Positions 36,710-50,156 of a stretch of DNA of 64,000 bases are shown here, piece after piece. Below the pieces are notes generated by a model, which worked only from the letters and a program-made list of their open reading frames with translations, was not told the origin of the DNA and did not search any database. Source of the DNA: Octopus sinensis (lineage: Eukaryota); assembly GCF_006345805.1 (NCBI RefSeq), contig NC_043002.1, positions 5,828,001-5,892,000 of the forward strand, written 5' to 3'. Position 1 is the stretch's first letter. Every line of letters starts with the position of its first letter. The position numbers were made by a program, and so were the translations under genes.

Positions 36710-36977
36710 TCATCATCGTTTAACGTCCGCTTTCCATGCTAGCATGGGTTGGACGATTTTGACTGAGGGCTGGCGAACCAGATGGCTGCACCAGGCCCCA
36801 ATCTTGATCTGGCAGAGTTTCTACAGCTGGATACCCTTCCTAACGCCAACCACTCCGAGAGTGTAGTGGGTGCTTTTTACGTACCCACTACACTCTTGGA
36901 GTGGTTGGCGTTAGGAAGGGCATCCAGCTTTAGAAACTCTGCCAGATCAAGTTTGGGACCTGGTGCAGCCATCTGGT
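36710..36977. mobile_element. RTE 3' end (minus strand) with a 95-bp foldback duplication
   Basis: 36777-36871 is the reverse complement of 36883-36977; 11-nt loop. Confidence 0.85.
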
Positions 36978-39261
36978 AGTAATAGTAGAACTTATTTTCA
37001 TTACTGTTATTATGATTATTAAATAAGGCAGCAAGCTGGCAGAATTGTTAGCATGATCGTTGACAGAGCGGCTAACCGGCTTCCGTGCCAGTGGCACATA
37101 AAAGGGCACTGTTCGAGTGTGATCGTTACCAACGTCGCCTTATTGGCACTTGTGCCTGTGCTATAGTAGGGTGCCAAGAGCACTATCCGAGTGTGATCGT
37201 TGCCAGAGCAGCCAACTGGCTTCCGTGCCAGTGGCACGTAAAAGGGCACCATTCAAGCGTGATTGTTACCAACGTCGCCTTACTGGCACCTGTGCTGGTG
37301 GCATGTGTAAAAGATTTGAGCGAGGTCGTTGCCAGTGCCGCCTGACTGGCCCCCGTGCCAGTGGCACGTAAAAGCACCCACTACACTCTCGGGGTGGTTG
37401 GCATTAGGAAGGGCATCCAGCTGTAGAAACTCTGCCAGATCAAGATTGGAGCCTGGTGCAGCCATCTGGTTCGCTAGCCCTCAGTCAAAATCGTCCAACC
37501 CATGCTAGCATGGAAAGTGGACGTTAAACGATGATGATGATGATGTGAAAAATGGTTAGCGACGTTTCTTCCAACTTAATGTTCTGAGTTCCAGTACCAC
37601 TGAGGAGGTTGACTTTGCCTTTCATCCTTTCGAGCTCATTAAAATAAGTATCATTTGAGTACTGGGGTTGATGTAATCAACTTGCCCTTCTCTGAAAATT
37701 GCTGGCCCTGTGCCAAAATTGAAACTATTATTATTAAAGTTTTTACATCTTATTTTAGTTAACAGGGATGTTACTTGAGCTCTGGTGACAGCAAGTCTTC
37801 TTAAATATCAAGAATCTTTCTTCGGATTCTTGTGGAAGGCAGATTTGCACTTTTCTCCAAGTCAGCAATGTCAGTCTCAGTTCCGTTATCTTTCAGCTTC
37901 TTTGATAGCAGTTTTGGGTGTTGTACTGAGTGCACCTTAACCTTCCACTGCATTTTTGGTCTTATATCTACACTACAATTAATTATTATTAGGGGTTGGT
38001 TGTGGACTGGCTGTATTGTTAGGACACTGGCTAAAATGCTTTGCAGTATTTGTCTAGGTCTTTATCTTCTGAGTTAAACTCCTGCTAATTTCAACTCTGC
38101 CTTTCATCCTGGTAAAATAAAGTACCAGTCAAATACTGGAATCAGTTTAATTGACCTATCTTTACTTCCCTCTCTATAACATTCTGACCTTATATTTATG
38201 TTAGAGATTATTATTTTTTACAAGGCTAAGGCGGCGAGCTGGTAGAACCATTAGCATGCCGGGCATTAGCAGCATTTCGTCTGTCCTTACGTTATGAGTT
38301 CAAATTCTGCCAAGGTTGACTTTGCCTTTCATCCTTTCATCAGTGAAATAAGTACCAGTTGAAGGCTGGGGTTGATATAATCAACAAAACCCCTACCCAA
38401 AGTTTCAGGTCTTGTACCTTTAGTAGAAAGGATTATTTACAAGGCTGATAGATTTACAGAACTTAAAAAATATTTGACATAATGCTTAGCAGCATTTAGT
38501 TGGTATTTGCTCCCTGAGTTCCAATTCTACTAAACTCAGCTTTGCCCTTCATCCTTCCATGCTAGCATGGGTTGGACGATTTTGACAGAGGGCTGGCGAA
38601 CCAGCCGGCCGCATCAGGCTCCAAACTTGATCTGGCAGAGTTTCTACAGCTGGATGCCCTTCCTAATGCCAACCACTCCGAGAGTGTAGTGGGTGCTTTT
38701 TACGTGCCACCAGCATGGGGGGCCAGTCAGTCGGTACTGGCAATGACTTCGCTTGAATCTTTTTACACATGCCACCAGCACAGGTGCCAGTAAGGCGACG
38801 TTATTTATTATATACCTGTTTATTTATTTAACTCCTAGTCAACTCTGATACAGCAAATCTTTGATCAAAAGCACCCTGTCTATGACCACCATGTGTTAGA
38901 TCTAGCTAGGAATACCTTATTCAATGTGCCTCCTACCTCTGCTTTCCAAGGTTGTAAAGTGTGATCTGTAGGAAATTTGGCTGCCATTTCTAGCATATCA
39001 AGTGGCCATATAGAAGCTCAACTTTGGTAGTTGTGTAACGATGCTGCTTAGCTCTGCAATCCAGTCTACATGTAATTTCGGTTTGTATTGGAATATTGAA
39101 AAAGACTTTGTAAATGTGAGGCGCCAACAGTTTCAGTCTCTTGTTTCTCGACTTTTCTTTCTCTGTCTGTCTGTCTCTGCTTTTTTTACTCTTTTCTCTC
39201 CCTCTTTCTGTCTCTCTCTCTCTCTCTCTTTGCATTTTCATTGTTTCTCTTTCCTTCTTTG

Positions 39262-39302
<41 letters not shown>

Positions 39303-41473
39303 TCCTATGCTTGCTTGTATTTTCTTTTGTGCTCTGCCTTTCTCCTCTTCTCACTCATTCTTTCTCTTCACTCTCTCTCTTTCTCTTTTACTCTTTTTGT
39401 TTCTCCCGTGTTCTCTCTCTCTCGTGCTTTTTCTCTTATGCTTTGTCTCTCTATTTCTCTCTCTCTCTCATGCATTCACTACTACTTCCTCTCTTTCTCT
39501 CTCATTCCCCCACACACACCCTATATAACCACTTATCCACAACTGTTTTCATTTCAACCCCAGCAGCTTTTTTACCTCACTGTTGCTTTCCACACTAAGC
39601 TGCAAACATTTCAAATGCTTCAAACTGATGGACAAGGGATTCACCACACCAACCCCTACCTTGTGGTTTCTGTATTCCTTCTCTCTTCTCTAAATCCCCC
39701 ATCTGTAGGGGAAGCCTACCAGGACCTCACAAAACCTCAGTTACCATCCCCACTTTCTCCTTAGAATAAAACCCCAAGCCAGCCTTGTTCATCGGGTCCT
39801 TACTGTTTGTTCATTGCTGATTTGCAGTCTATTCATCTGATTAGGCTTTGATAAGTTTTGAAGTGCTTCTTAATTAGTTATTGATCAGCTGATCTGCACT
39901 TAGTCAATATATATACTTTATTATTTATTTACTTTTTTTTTTATGACCAACAAAATATTAAAATAAAAGAAAACAAGTAAAGTCTGTGGGTAGGGGTTCA
40001 AGTTGCTAGAAATAGCACCCAAATCTCTCGTGCAACACCGAAATGTCTTTAAAAAAAGTGAAAGATGCATCAGTTGGTGCAGTTGTAGATGTGTTGAGTG
40101 GAGGAGGAAGGCAAAGGAATTGTCCTTTACTGGATTGTGTTTGATTGTAGGTCAGCACCATCAGGTCTGACCTTGGGCTAAACAACAACGAGGGACTCTG
40201 TGTATGGTTACTCAACCTGCAAGATGTAACAGCCAAATCTCCTTCATATTACAGCTTATTTTAAAAAATAAATAAGGCACTTTAGATGATGTGGTCTTTG
40301 ATAATACCATGATCATCATCATTATCATCATCATCGTTTAATGTCCACTTTCCATGCTAGCATGGGTTGGACTATTTGACTGAGGTCTGGCAAACCAGAT
40401 AGCTGCACCAGGCTTCAGTCTTGATCTGGCAGAGTTTCTACAGCTGGATGCCCTTCCTAACACCAACCACTCCATATGCCTGAAAAAAAAAAGATGGAAT
40501 GTTCATGGCTGGAATGCTTTTGATCATTGATCTACTTCATCAAGGCTAAGTCCTAGCTAAACAACTACGATGAATTTAGAAAAGGAGCCTCTATGTCGTT
40601 ATCTGGCCTGCTAGAAATAGAAGCACCTTGCTTGTATGACATTCAACTTAAAAAATGGTCGGATGCATTGGCTAAAGTAATTTTTAATACACATTGCTTG
40701 CTTGAAACAAAAGTATGGTTGGTCCTGGCTGGAGTGGCATAGCTGACCTGGGGGTTAAGCAGCAACTACTAAAGATAGAATGCTTGGAAAATGCCTTAGG
40801 TTTCTAATTTATAATGTTGATTGTTTTTTTTTTGCCTGTAATCCATTTTTTGTTTACAAAATAATGAGCTTTTACAATATTTTGCAAAGTATCTCTTTCT
40901 TCCTGTCTCTCTCTATCTCTCTCTCCCTGTCTCTCATCTCTCTTACTTTCCATCTTTTTCTTATCTCATCCCTCTCTCTCCCTTTCTCTCATCTCTTTTT
41001 ATTCTCATCTCACCTCTCTTCCATCTTATGTCTTTTCTTTTCCACCTCTCCTCACTTCCTCTTTCTCTCTCTGCACCTCCTTCTTTAACCTTGCCTTTCT
41101 TTTCTCCTCCATCTCTCTCCACCCTCTTCTCATTCTTTCTCTCACTCTTCCCTCATCTCTCTCCTTCAACCTTCACTCCTCCTTTCACTTGTTCTCCTTG
41201 TTCTGCCATGTCCTGTATGCATTCTGATTTTATTCCAATGTATCTCTTCAAATGGGAGGAGTGTTTTATTGCTGTGGCAACACAGGAAGCAAGCAACTAC
41301 AAGACAAATGCTGTCTCGTTTGAGGGAGATTTCAGTGCTATATTCTTGCAGGTCGAGTGTTCTCACATGGTGAAATTTTTAATCTCATGTAAAGAAAAAA
41401 GAATGTCTAACCCTTCAGTCCAAAATTCATTTTAATATAATTGCTAATCACTGACTTTTGTTTTCTTTTGCAG

Positions 41474-43670
41474 TGTTGGAAGGAACTATTTTGAAACTGG
41501 TACCTGTTTCCTCTTGAGTTCTCTATTGGTCCCCAGGGCACCAATTTCATCTGCGTCATTGATTCCTTGCAGTTTGTGTGTGACCCTAACACTCAGTATC
41601 TATAACAGTAGTGCTAATGTTTACTGCTGTCTCTTTTTTTATTAGTCTTCAATAGTCCTTTGTATTGGAGCTATTTACTGCTGCTTTCTCGGTTGTTAAA
41701 CTTCAGCATATATTACTCACTGGTAATTCTTATTACTGCATGTGTTTATCAGCTTCACAGACACTTTATTGTGAAGACGACATTCATTGTCTGTCTCGGA
41801 CACTCATTCTTTTAATACCTCCACCATTGAACCTTTTCACTGGAGCTGTTTCCATTTTAACCGATTCTCAATTCCTGATTGTTATACTGGCGCTACTTGA
41901 TATTGCTGCCACTAATGTTATTCAACCAAGACATAGAGAAATATTGCTGCTCTCTGTGATTAGCCTCCTGGTATTTTTAGCATTTGGAGCCAATCTTAAA
42001 ATTTGTCCCTACTGTCATTCTCAGGGTGAATGTGTTCCATAATATTCCATTCTAGATTCCATCCGATCGGTTTTTCCTTTCCAGTTTGTTTCTCCATTTC
42101 AACACCCATTCAATTTAATCATATGAGTGTTGTATGGAATATATGTTGTAAACTGCCAGTAGCCCCAAAGATCTTGTGGGTTCCAGCATTTTATATTTTG
42201 TTGTGTATTTGAGTAGCAGCACACCTAATTTTACATTGCCGCAGTTCACCTAACCTGTGACTAAACTGGCAACTTTACCAAGGTGGATATTTTCATTTTT
42301 CATCTACCTAACCCTGGAAACTGGAAATTAAGCACAGTGATCGCTTAAAAACATGTTCAGGAGTCTTTGAAGAAATTTACACATTATCAAAGAAGATATA
42401 ATTGATAAGCTTCTTATAACTGAAAATAGGTATTAAATTATTTGTTTTAAAAATATTTTAAAGAAATTATCCCAGTTGCAGTTGACTTTGGTACAAAGAG
42501 GGTATATAATGTTGTACTAAATAACAGAAATGTGTAAAGTCATGTATGACCTGTGTTCGAATCCCATCCAAGTCAACTTCAACTTTTATTTCATTTGGCT
42601 AACTTGTTTTTATGTTTTTCATCTATTTTATTTATTTTATTTGGTATTTTTACAAGTTGAAGTTGCACCAGAACTGAGACAGATAACAGCAGTGAAGTGT
42701 ATGTATGTGATATTCTATAGGGCTCACACATACATGTACGTATGTACACTTACTGTCATGGCCAATTGCATGTTCATTCCTCAGACTTCAACGAAAAACA
42801 AAAGCCAAAATATCTAAAGCAAAACGGAAAGCAACATTTGACATGCCTTGCTTTAAGTTTAGGCTATTATTTTGCTTTTGATGATCATCATAATAAAAAT
42901 AACAGGTGTAGGGACAGTATTTGACACCTTGAGTATTATTTTCGCACTGGCAGACTGTTATGTCTTTCTTGATGAATATGATGATGATGATAATGATAAT
43001 AATAGTAATGGTAGTAGTAGTAGTAGTAGTAGTAGTAGTAATGGCGGTGTCAGTAATAACAGTGATAGTGGTGGTATATGGTGGCAAACTGGTTTTATAT
43101 ATACTTCCATATGAGCAGGCTTTCATATTTGCTTGTGTGTAAATAGTTTGTTTTTTAATCGGCATTTTTCATTAAGACAGCCGTTTGTATCTAAAGTTGT
43201 TGGTAGCATGTGTTTAGTAACGAATGCATGTGTGTGACTTGTATGACATTATAACTGGTTGAATATGAAAGATATGTGTGTGTGTGTATAAATGCACAAA
43301 CATATATGTAGCTCTGTGTATGTGTTTGCACACGCATTTAATCAAAAAAAAAATTGTTGTACAAGTTTCTACTTATATAAACTTGTATTTTTATCTACCT
43401 GGCTGTCTATTTATCCACATGTCTTTTTGTTTGTCCACCTGTTTATACCTGTCATCCCTCTCTGCACACACACACATATATATATATATTTTACTGTCAT
43501 TATCATCACTCATGACTTCTCTATTAATAGATTCATTCGTGTTGTAGTTGTGAGTTAAACTAGTTCTTATCAGTTATCCAGTGTAAAGAAGAGTGCATAT
43601 ATATATAAATATATAAAGGAATGCACACACTGAAAATAGAGTTGGTCATCAGGTCCAAGCAATAAACTCT
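41474..43670 (+). other. Candidate MELK 3'UTR exon (end uncertain)
   Basis: Branch-like ctaat/ctgac plus ttttgttttcttttgcag acceptor at 41473; about 1.3 kb of non-repetitive AT-rich sequence follows; AATAAA at 42892 and 43661. The donor after the stop codon requires such an exon, but this assignment is inference. Confidence 0.4.
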
Positions 43671-43751
43671 ACAATAGTTATTGAATACTCTTTCTCCCAT
43701 TAGAACAACCAAGCATATATATATATATATATATATCTATATATCTATATA

Positions 43752-43904
43752 TATAATCAAAATAAGCAACAAGGATATCCAAGGTAGAGTAGTACAATTG
43801 TTTCATGCTACTTCATTTTATTAAACATTGTTTAATAAAATGAAGTAGCATGAAACAATTGTACTACTCTACCTTGGATATCCTTGTTGCTTATTTTGAT
43901 TATA
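43752..43904. repeat. Perfect 153-bp palindrome (76-bp arms, 1-nt centre)
   Basis: tataatcaaaataagcaacaagg...ttaaaca T tgtttaa...ccttgttgcttattttgattata; centre at 43828; flanked by (TA)n. Confidence 0.95.
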
Positions 43905-43999
43905 ATCACCCCATTTGATTTATATGGATAATACCTTACAAAATTCTGGTGCCTTTGACTTAAGTGCCATATTCATCTGAATCTAAATTTTGCTGAACT

Positions 44000-44054
<55 letters not shown>

Positions 44055-44209
44055 TGCTTTATAGTTATGGTAGAATCTGTTTATTCATTTAAAACTGATA
44101 AATGTTTCTCCATGTACTATTCTGGATTTAACCGCCATAAAGATAGGAAACAAAGCGAATCATCAGCTTCAGTTGAATAAATAACTGTGAGTATGTGTGT
44201 ATACACACA

Positions 44210-44253
<44 letters not shown>

Positions 44254-44375
44254 GTTTGGTGATACATACAGGAAAATAGAACTCAAAATATGAGCAGGTA
44301 TATATTTTCTATTTAATTAGCAGAGTGATTCAAGGGTCACTTTTGTGTATTGGCATGTATGTGTACACACGTGTG

Positions 44376-44417
<42 letters not shown>

Positions 44418-46132
44418 TATATGTTATTTTATTCATAAATTATAAACCTCTTTTCAAACAATGTCTCTGAGTGTTCTTTACTGGTCTGTTGGTTTTGAAT
44501 ATTATAATATTTATTACATTTTAGAATTTAAGGACAGATTATCTTTCAACAAGATAGATTACTGTATTTAATAGTGTTTTGCTTCCGTTTTGAGTTCAAA
44601 TCCTGCTATGTCCAACTTTGCTTTTAATTCTTACATTAAATTAATTACCGGTCGTTTTCTGGATTCGGTATAATCAGTTATGTGTTCCCATAAAAAAGTT
44701 GTGGGTTAGTGGACATGATCATGTGGTCAAGTAGTTTGCTTCGTAACCAGGTGTTTTGGGATTAATTACTCTGAGTGTCACTTTCGTCAAATTTCTTCTG
44801 TAGCTTAGAGTTGACCAGTTGTTTGTAAGTGGTATTTGGTTAACAGAAAGTACGTGTGTCTGTGTTTGTTTTTTTGTATCCTATGAGCCTCCAGTTCAAC
44901 AAACAGAGATCAATAAAATAAACAAGTGAATGAAATGAGTAAATATCGGGATTGGTATAATCGACTGAAACTCATGCAGGTGTTTGGTATCCCAGCATTG
45001 TTGTAATCCAATGATCAAAATCAGTAAAAGACTTGTATCTATTTAAGAATTTATTATATTTTTTTAAGGTAAAAATATCATAAATTTATTGCATAATTTT
45101 ATTCAAGTGTATACATATATAATTACAATGAGTGTTTTTATATACATAAAAACAACGAACATAGACTAAATAAAGGACTCAATACATGTACAGAGTCAAT
45201 CATTTATTATAATTTTATTGACAGTGACTACAAAATTGTCCTAAGTATATGACTGTCAATAAATTTGTAATTAAGGTGTCTTTGTTTTGTGCCTTTGCAA
45301 TTTCAAAATTGGGTATGTGAGTAAGAGAAAGGGACATTAGTGTAACCCCAAATTTAGTTCAACACTGTTGGTGGTTGTTGTATAGCCCTGAGTTAGCCCT
45401 AATTGACCAGCAGACTTATTATCACATACCATCAAAGACATTCTAGCTGGGAACGTCTTTCCTCTTCAGATGACATCCAATATGCTCTTCCTTCCATTTT
45501 TTTGTTTTCAAGACAGTATGGTGTTATTTTAGAAGAGATTTGGCTGTTAGTTCTAACAGGTCAAAGACCACATGCAGGTTGTTTCGTTTTTAAATTTAGC
45601 CCCTTTTATAGGTTTTGAGCAGAACTGGTCTTTGATCCTATATTATATTAGAAGGATTGATCACTTATTAGTCAGTGCTTCATTGTTTGACGAGAGACAT
45701 TTTTACTAACGAAGGGCAGTTGTAGAATTTCAGGTCTGTCTTACTTGAGAGCAGATTTTCACCTTCACTATCACAATCTTTTTTTTCTTCCTATTTTTGC
45801 AGATATAATTTAGGATTACATTATTTAGTGTATTTTTTTAATTTTTAAAAATAAGTATAATTTGAGAGTTACTTTAGCTGCTATTTCGTGTAGGTTGAGT
45901 GGCCATGTAGAGGTTCTTATGGTGATTTAAAGGGATGATAGATGGTAGCATATGTATAGATAGTTCAGAGGAAGATATCTTATGTTTGGGCATCTGGCTT
46001 TTAGTGGCAAAAGTGAGAAAAAGACTGTTTCTTTTTCTGGAGAAGGTTAAGCACCCAAAAGGTTAATTTCTCTTCTGCCTCGTGGCATAAAACTTGTTCC
46101 ACTGTTTGAATTATTTGTATACCTATCCTTGT

Positions 46133-46375
46133 TTATCGCAGAGGTTTGGTCCTCCACCCCAACAAAAGCCCCCTGATAAATGAATCCTCTCCCCTCACTT
46201 TGCAAATGGAACTAATGGTAGCTTTATTGGCACCAAACTTGTGACCCACAGCAGTGAAGCTATCATTGTCCTCTATTTTCTTGATTATCTCTACCGTTTC
46301 CTCTTGGGAATATACTCACCTGTGATGTTTATTAGGGTCAGGTACCTTCGTATTTTTCTGTTCACGTAAATCCAT
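46133..46375 (-). mobile_element. Possible pogo/Tigger (CENP-B-like HTH) transposase N-terminal remnant
   Basis: MDLREQKNTKVPDPNKHHR*VYSQEETVEIIKKIEDNDSFTAVGHKFGANKATISSICKVR; HTH-psq-like pattern, one in-frame TGA. Confidence 0.4.
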
Positions 46376-46959
46376 ATAAAAAGAATATGTAGTCTTGCAG
46401 TACAAGCATGTAATCACAGGTAACAGTCATTGCATTCCTGTAGCTGAACATTGTGGGTGGTCACTAGGTTGTTTTTGCAATCAAGAAGAACCTTGGACTG
46501 ATTACTGACCTGTATTATTAGAAATCATGAAGGTGCATGGCTCAGTGGTTAGAGCGTCGAGCTTACAATTGTGATGTGAGTTCGAATCCCGGACTGGGCT
46601 GTGTGTTGTGTTCTTGAGCAAGACACTTTATTTCCCGTTGCTCCAGTTATTTCACTCAGCTGTAGAAATGAGTTGCGACGTCACTGGTGCCAAGCTGTAT
46701 CGGCCCCTTTGCCTTTCCCTTGGATAACGCTGGTGGCATGGAGAGGGGAGGCCGGTATGCATGGGCGACTGCTGGTCTTCCATAAACAACCTTGCCCGGA
46801 CTTGCGCCTCGGAGGGTAACTTTCTAGGTGCAATCCCATGGTCAGTCATGACCGAAGGGGGTCTCAATTATTACAAATCAACCCACGAAAGGTATAACAT
46901 TGTCCACAATTAAGCATACCATGTTATCTGGGATCAGTAATAGATAACGCTACACATAC

Positions 46960-47500
46960 AGAATGGTCCGAAAGTCTTGTTACTCCCTACCAAAAAGTAA
47001 TGAGAACAATAGAAGAACAAATAATGCCGTAATCCAAAGCATGAACTGGATTCAGTTTATTCACTTTCATTGATGCTGTCACACATCGAGAAGGTCAGTA
47101 TGAACCCCATTTTTGTGGCACAAAATGACGTGGCGCCATGTCCTGTATGAAATTTTGCAAAACTGTGCTTCAGTGATTGTTGCAAAGGCTCTCAGAATGG
47201 CATCCTTCAACTGATGGATATTCCGGTATCATTCATGTGAAACTCTCTCTTTGATAACACCCCACAGTCTTATCGCAAGACGTGAGGTCTAGACTTCTGG
47301 TAGGCCAATCAACAGGTGCCAGAAGTGGTTGTGATTCTTACCCCTATCCATCTATCCCGAAAATCTTCATTTAGGTATTCCCGGACAGTGATAGCAGAGC
47401 GAAGTGTGGTACATATTATATTACTAAAACAGATAATACAGACGATAATGACAATATGTAGGAGGTAACAAGCCTTTCGGACCAGCCTGTATTTTGTTTT
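46960..47500 (-). mobile_element. Tc1/mariner-superfamily transposase C-terminal remnant
   Basis: Minus strand TVREYLNEDFRDRWIG...NIHQLKDAILRAFATITE resembles the 'RWIGR...WPPRSPDL' family; TIR-like tacagaatggtccgaaagtc at about 46957. Confidence 0.6.
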
Positions 47501-47789
47501 TCTTCTTGTCAATACCTGGTTTTATTGGATCCTATTTTACTAGGTTCAAAAATAGCCAAATGTTGATCAAATGCAGGATTGTTTGGATTTATTTTGATGA
47601 TAGGTTTTTGTTTTCAATTATTAAAAATTCTAGTCATTTCTCACCAAATCAAATTGAAATGAAGACTTCAAATTGTTTTAACTAAGAAATGAAACTGAAA
47701 CTGTGGACTGTTCAAGAACTACCTGTAATTACCCTCAACAATTTTGATTTACAATATAGGTACATTATAATATAGGTATATATATTTTT

Positions 47790-48255
47790 TTACTACCCAC
47801 AAGGGGCTAAAAACAGACAGGACAGACAAAGGGGTTAAGTCGATTACATCGATCCCAGTGCATAACTGGTACTTAATTTATCAAGGTGGTGAGCTGGCAG
47901 AATCGTTAGCACGCCAGGCAAAATGCTTAGTGGTATTTCGTCTGCCGCTACATTCTGAGTTCAAATTTCGCTGAGGTCGACTTTGCCTTTCATCCTTTCA
48001 GGGTCGATTAAATAAGTACCAGTTACGCACTGGGGTCGATATAATCGACTTAATCCGTTTGTCTACCCTTGTTTGTCCTCTCTGTGTTTAGCTTCTTGTG
48101 GGTAGTAAAGAAATAGGTACTTAATTTATCGACCCCAAAAAGATGAGAGGCAAAGTCGACCTCAAAGGAATTTGAACTTGGAATGTAACAACAGATGAAA
48201 AACGGCTTCGCATTTCGCCTGGCGTGTTAACGTTTCTGCCAGCTTGCCGCCTTTA
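47790..48255. mobile_element. Plus-strand SINE B (47883-48115) inserted into a minus-strand SINE B
   Basis: Perfect 15-bp TSD ggtacttaatttatc at 47868-47882 and 48116-48130. Confidence 0.9.
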
Positions 48256-48546
48256 ATATATGTATATATTTTAACAAAAGTGGAGTGTAGCTGATACAAG
48301 AGGTCTATTGTATTTCAGTGGTATTTATTTTATTGACTCTCAGATGTCCTTAATGAGATTTGATCCCTGCTGTAAGAACAATAAAAGTAGCAAAAGTCCT
48401 TCATGTTATCTCAGGCTGAAGACTGAGATAACATGAAGGACTTTAACAGAACGAGTATAATAAACTCACTTCAAATCAAGGATCAAGTTTTTCTGTGAGT
48501 AGTACATGTTCATTTAACCTGCTAGAAATAGCAATTAAATCTTTAA

Positions 48547-48766
48547 CCCTTTCGTTACTGTATTTATTTTGAGATGCTCTGTGTTTCTTTCAATTATTTT
48601 AAATATGACAAAGAATTTAGTAAAATAACTTAGTTATCTTTCAGCTGGTGTTAGGAACATAAATTGTGACTAAGGTTTGGTGGAAGATTTTAATTCAAAA
48701 TTTATGAAAACAAGACATTTTACCACAGAGCCAGAGCCGGTTTTGGCCGGGTTAGTAACAAAAGGG
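48547..48766. mobile_element. piggyBac-type MITE (220 bp)
   Basis: TTAA (48543-48546) + ccctttcgttact ... agtaacaaaaggg + TTAA (48767-48770). Confidence 0.85.
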
Positions 48767-49750
48767 TTAAATCATTTTGTTGTCTTGAAAAATTGTGATA
48801 GAGACACATTCAATAATTTACCTTTGATGTTGTAATGTAATTGATTAATATAGTATAGTTGAATTGAAATCCTCACCCAAGGTGGTGAGCTGGCAGAATC
48901 GTTAGCACGCCGGGTAATATGCTTAGCAGTTGTATTTCGCCTGTGGCTATGTTCTGAGTTCAAATTCCGCCAAGGTCAACTTTGTCTTTCATCCTTTCGG
49001 AGTCAATAAAATTAGTACCAGTTATGCACTGAGGTCAATGCAATCGACTTAATCCCTTTCCCCAAATTTGAAGTGTTGTACTTCCAGTAGAAGGGATTAT
49101 TATTATTATTAAAAGTGGTGCTCCAGCATGGCCACAGTCAAATGACTGAAACAAGTAGAAGTGTAACTGGGAAATTGATGACAAGTGAATTAATATCAAA
49201 GTGTTGCATCAATTGTTTATGAGTAACACTATATATTACTATCAGCATAGCATACAAACACACTATCAGTCACTCTTACATGTTACCCTTTCTCTAAAAA
49301 GCAGAACCCCCTTAAAAAAGATACCGTAAAAAAAATTGTTGATGACTTTTCTGTGCAAATTGCCATTGATGTATCATTTAACTAACCATACAAATATTCA
49401 CTTTTACTTGATTAATACATGTATGGCTCTACTGGACTATGCTAACCTGTTGTGTGTTGACACTGATTGGTAGTCAAGTTGAACTCCAATTCTAGACTGG
49501 GGCTTTATATATTTCATCAGCCTTGAAAAGAAAAAAAAAAAAGCAAGTTTGGCAGGATTTGAACTCAGAACATCAAGAGCAGAATAAATACTATATGGCT
49601 TTCATTTTGCTCTGTGCATTTAAAGATTGTTACTTTTTATCTCTTGTCTACAATAGGTTTCATTATTATTTTTTAATTAGAGAAGGTACGGCAACTGCCA
49701 TAACTATTTTTCCTTGGGATTCTGGAATGAGGAAAGGCAGAGAGAAGCTA

Positions 49751-49791
<41 letters not shown>

Positions 49792-50156
49792 TGTGTGTTA
49801 TCCTGTTGCTGAAAGTAGTGTAACAAGATATCGCATCACCTTCATACTGGGTGCAATTAATGTCACTTCAGGTGTCACATTTCAGTATTAATCAGAGTAG
49901 CAAATTAATTCTACCACACCAGAACAAGTGATCTGACTCACTTTCCCATTATGAAGCTGCTATGTCAAAAAAAAAAAAAGTTACAGTACAAACTTGAAAT
50001 CAATAAAAGTAACTGATTTTTTTTTGCCTTTCCTCACTATTTCTGCTGGTTGGTCATTGAATTCCTAAATGGTTCTGATAAAGTTGGTTCTGTGGAACAT
50101 TTGTATTCAAAATTTAGGATAGACAGAGTGACACGAAAACATTTTAAATATGTATA

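Noticed and set aside
42657-42700. Acceptor-like site and short frame (VEVAPELRQITAVK)
   Set aside because: No recognisable protein similarity or partner exons; may simply be U-rich UTR or intron.
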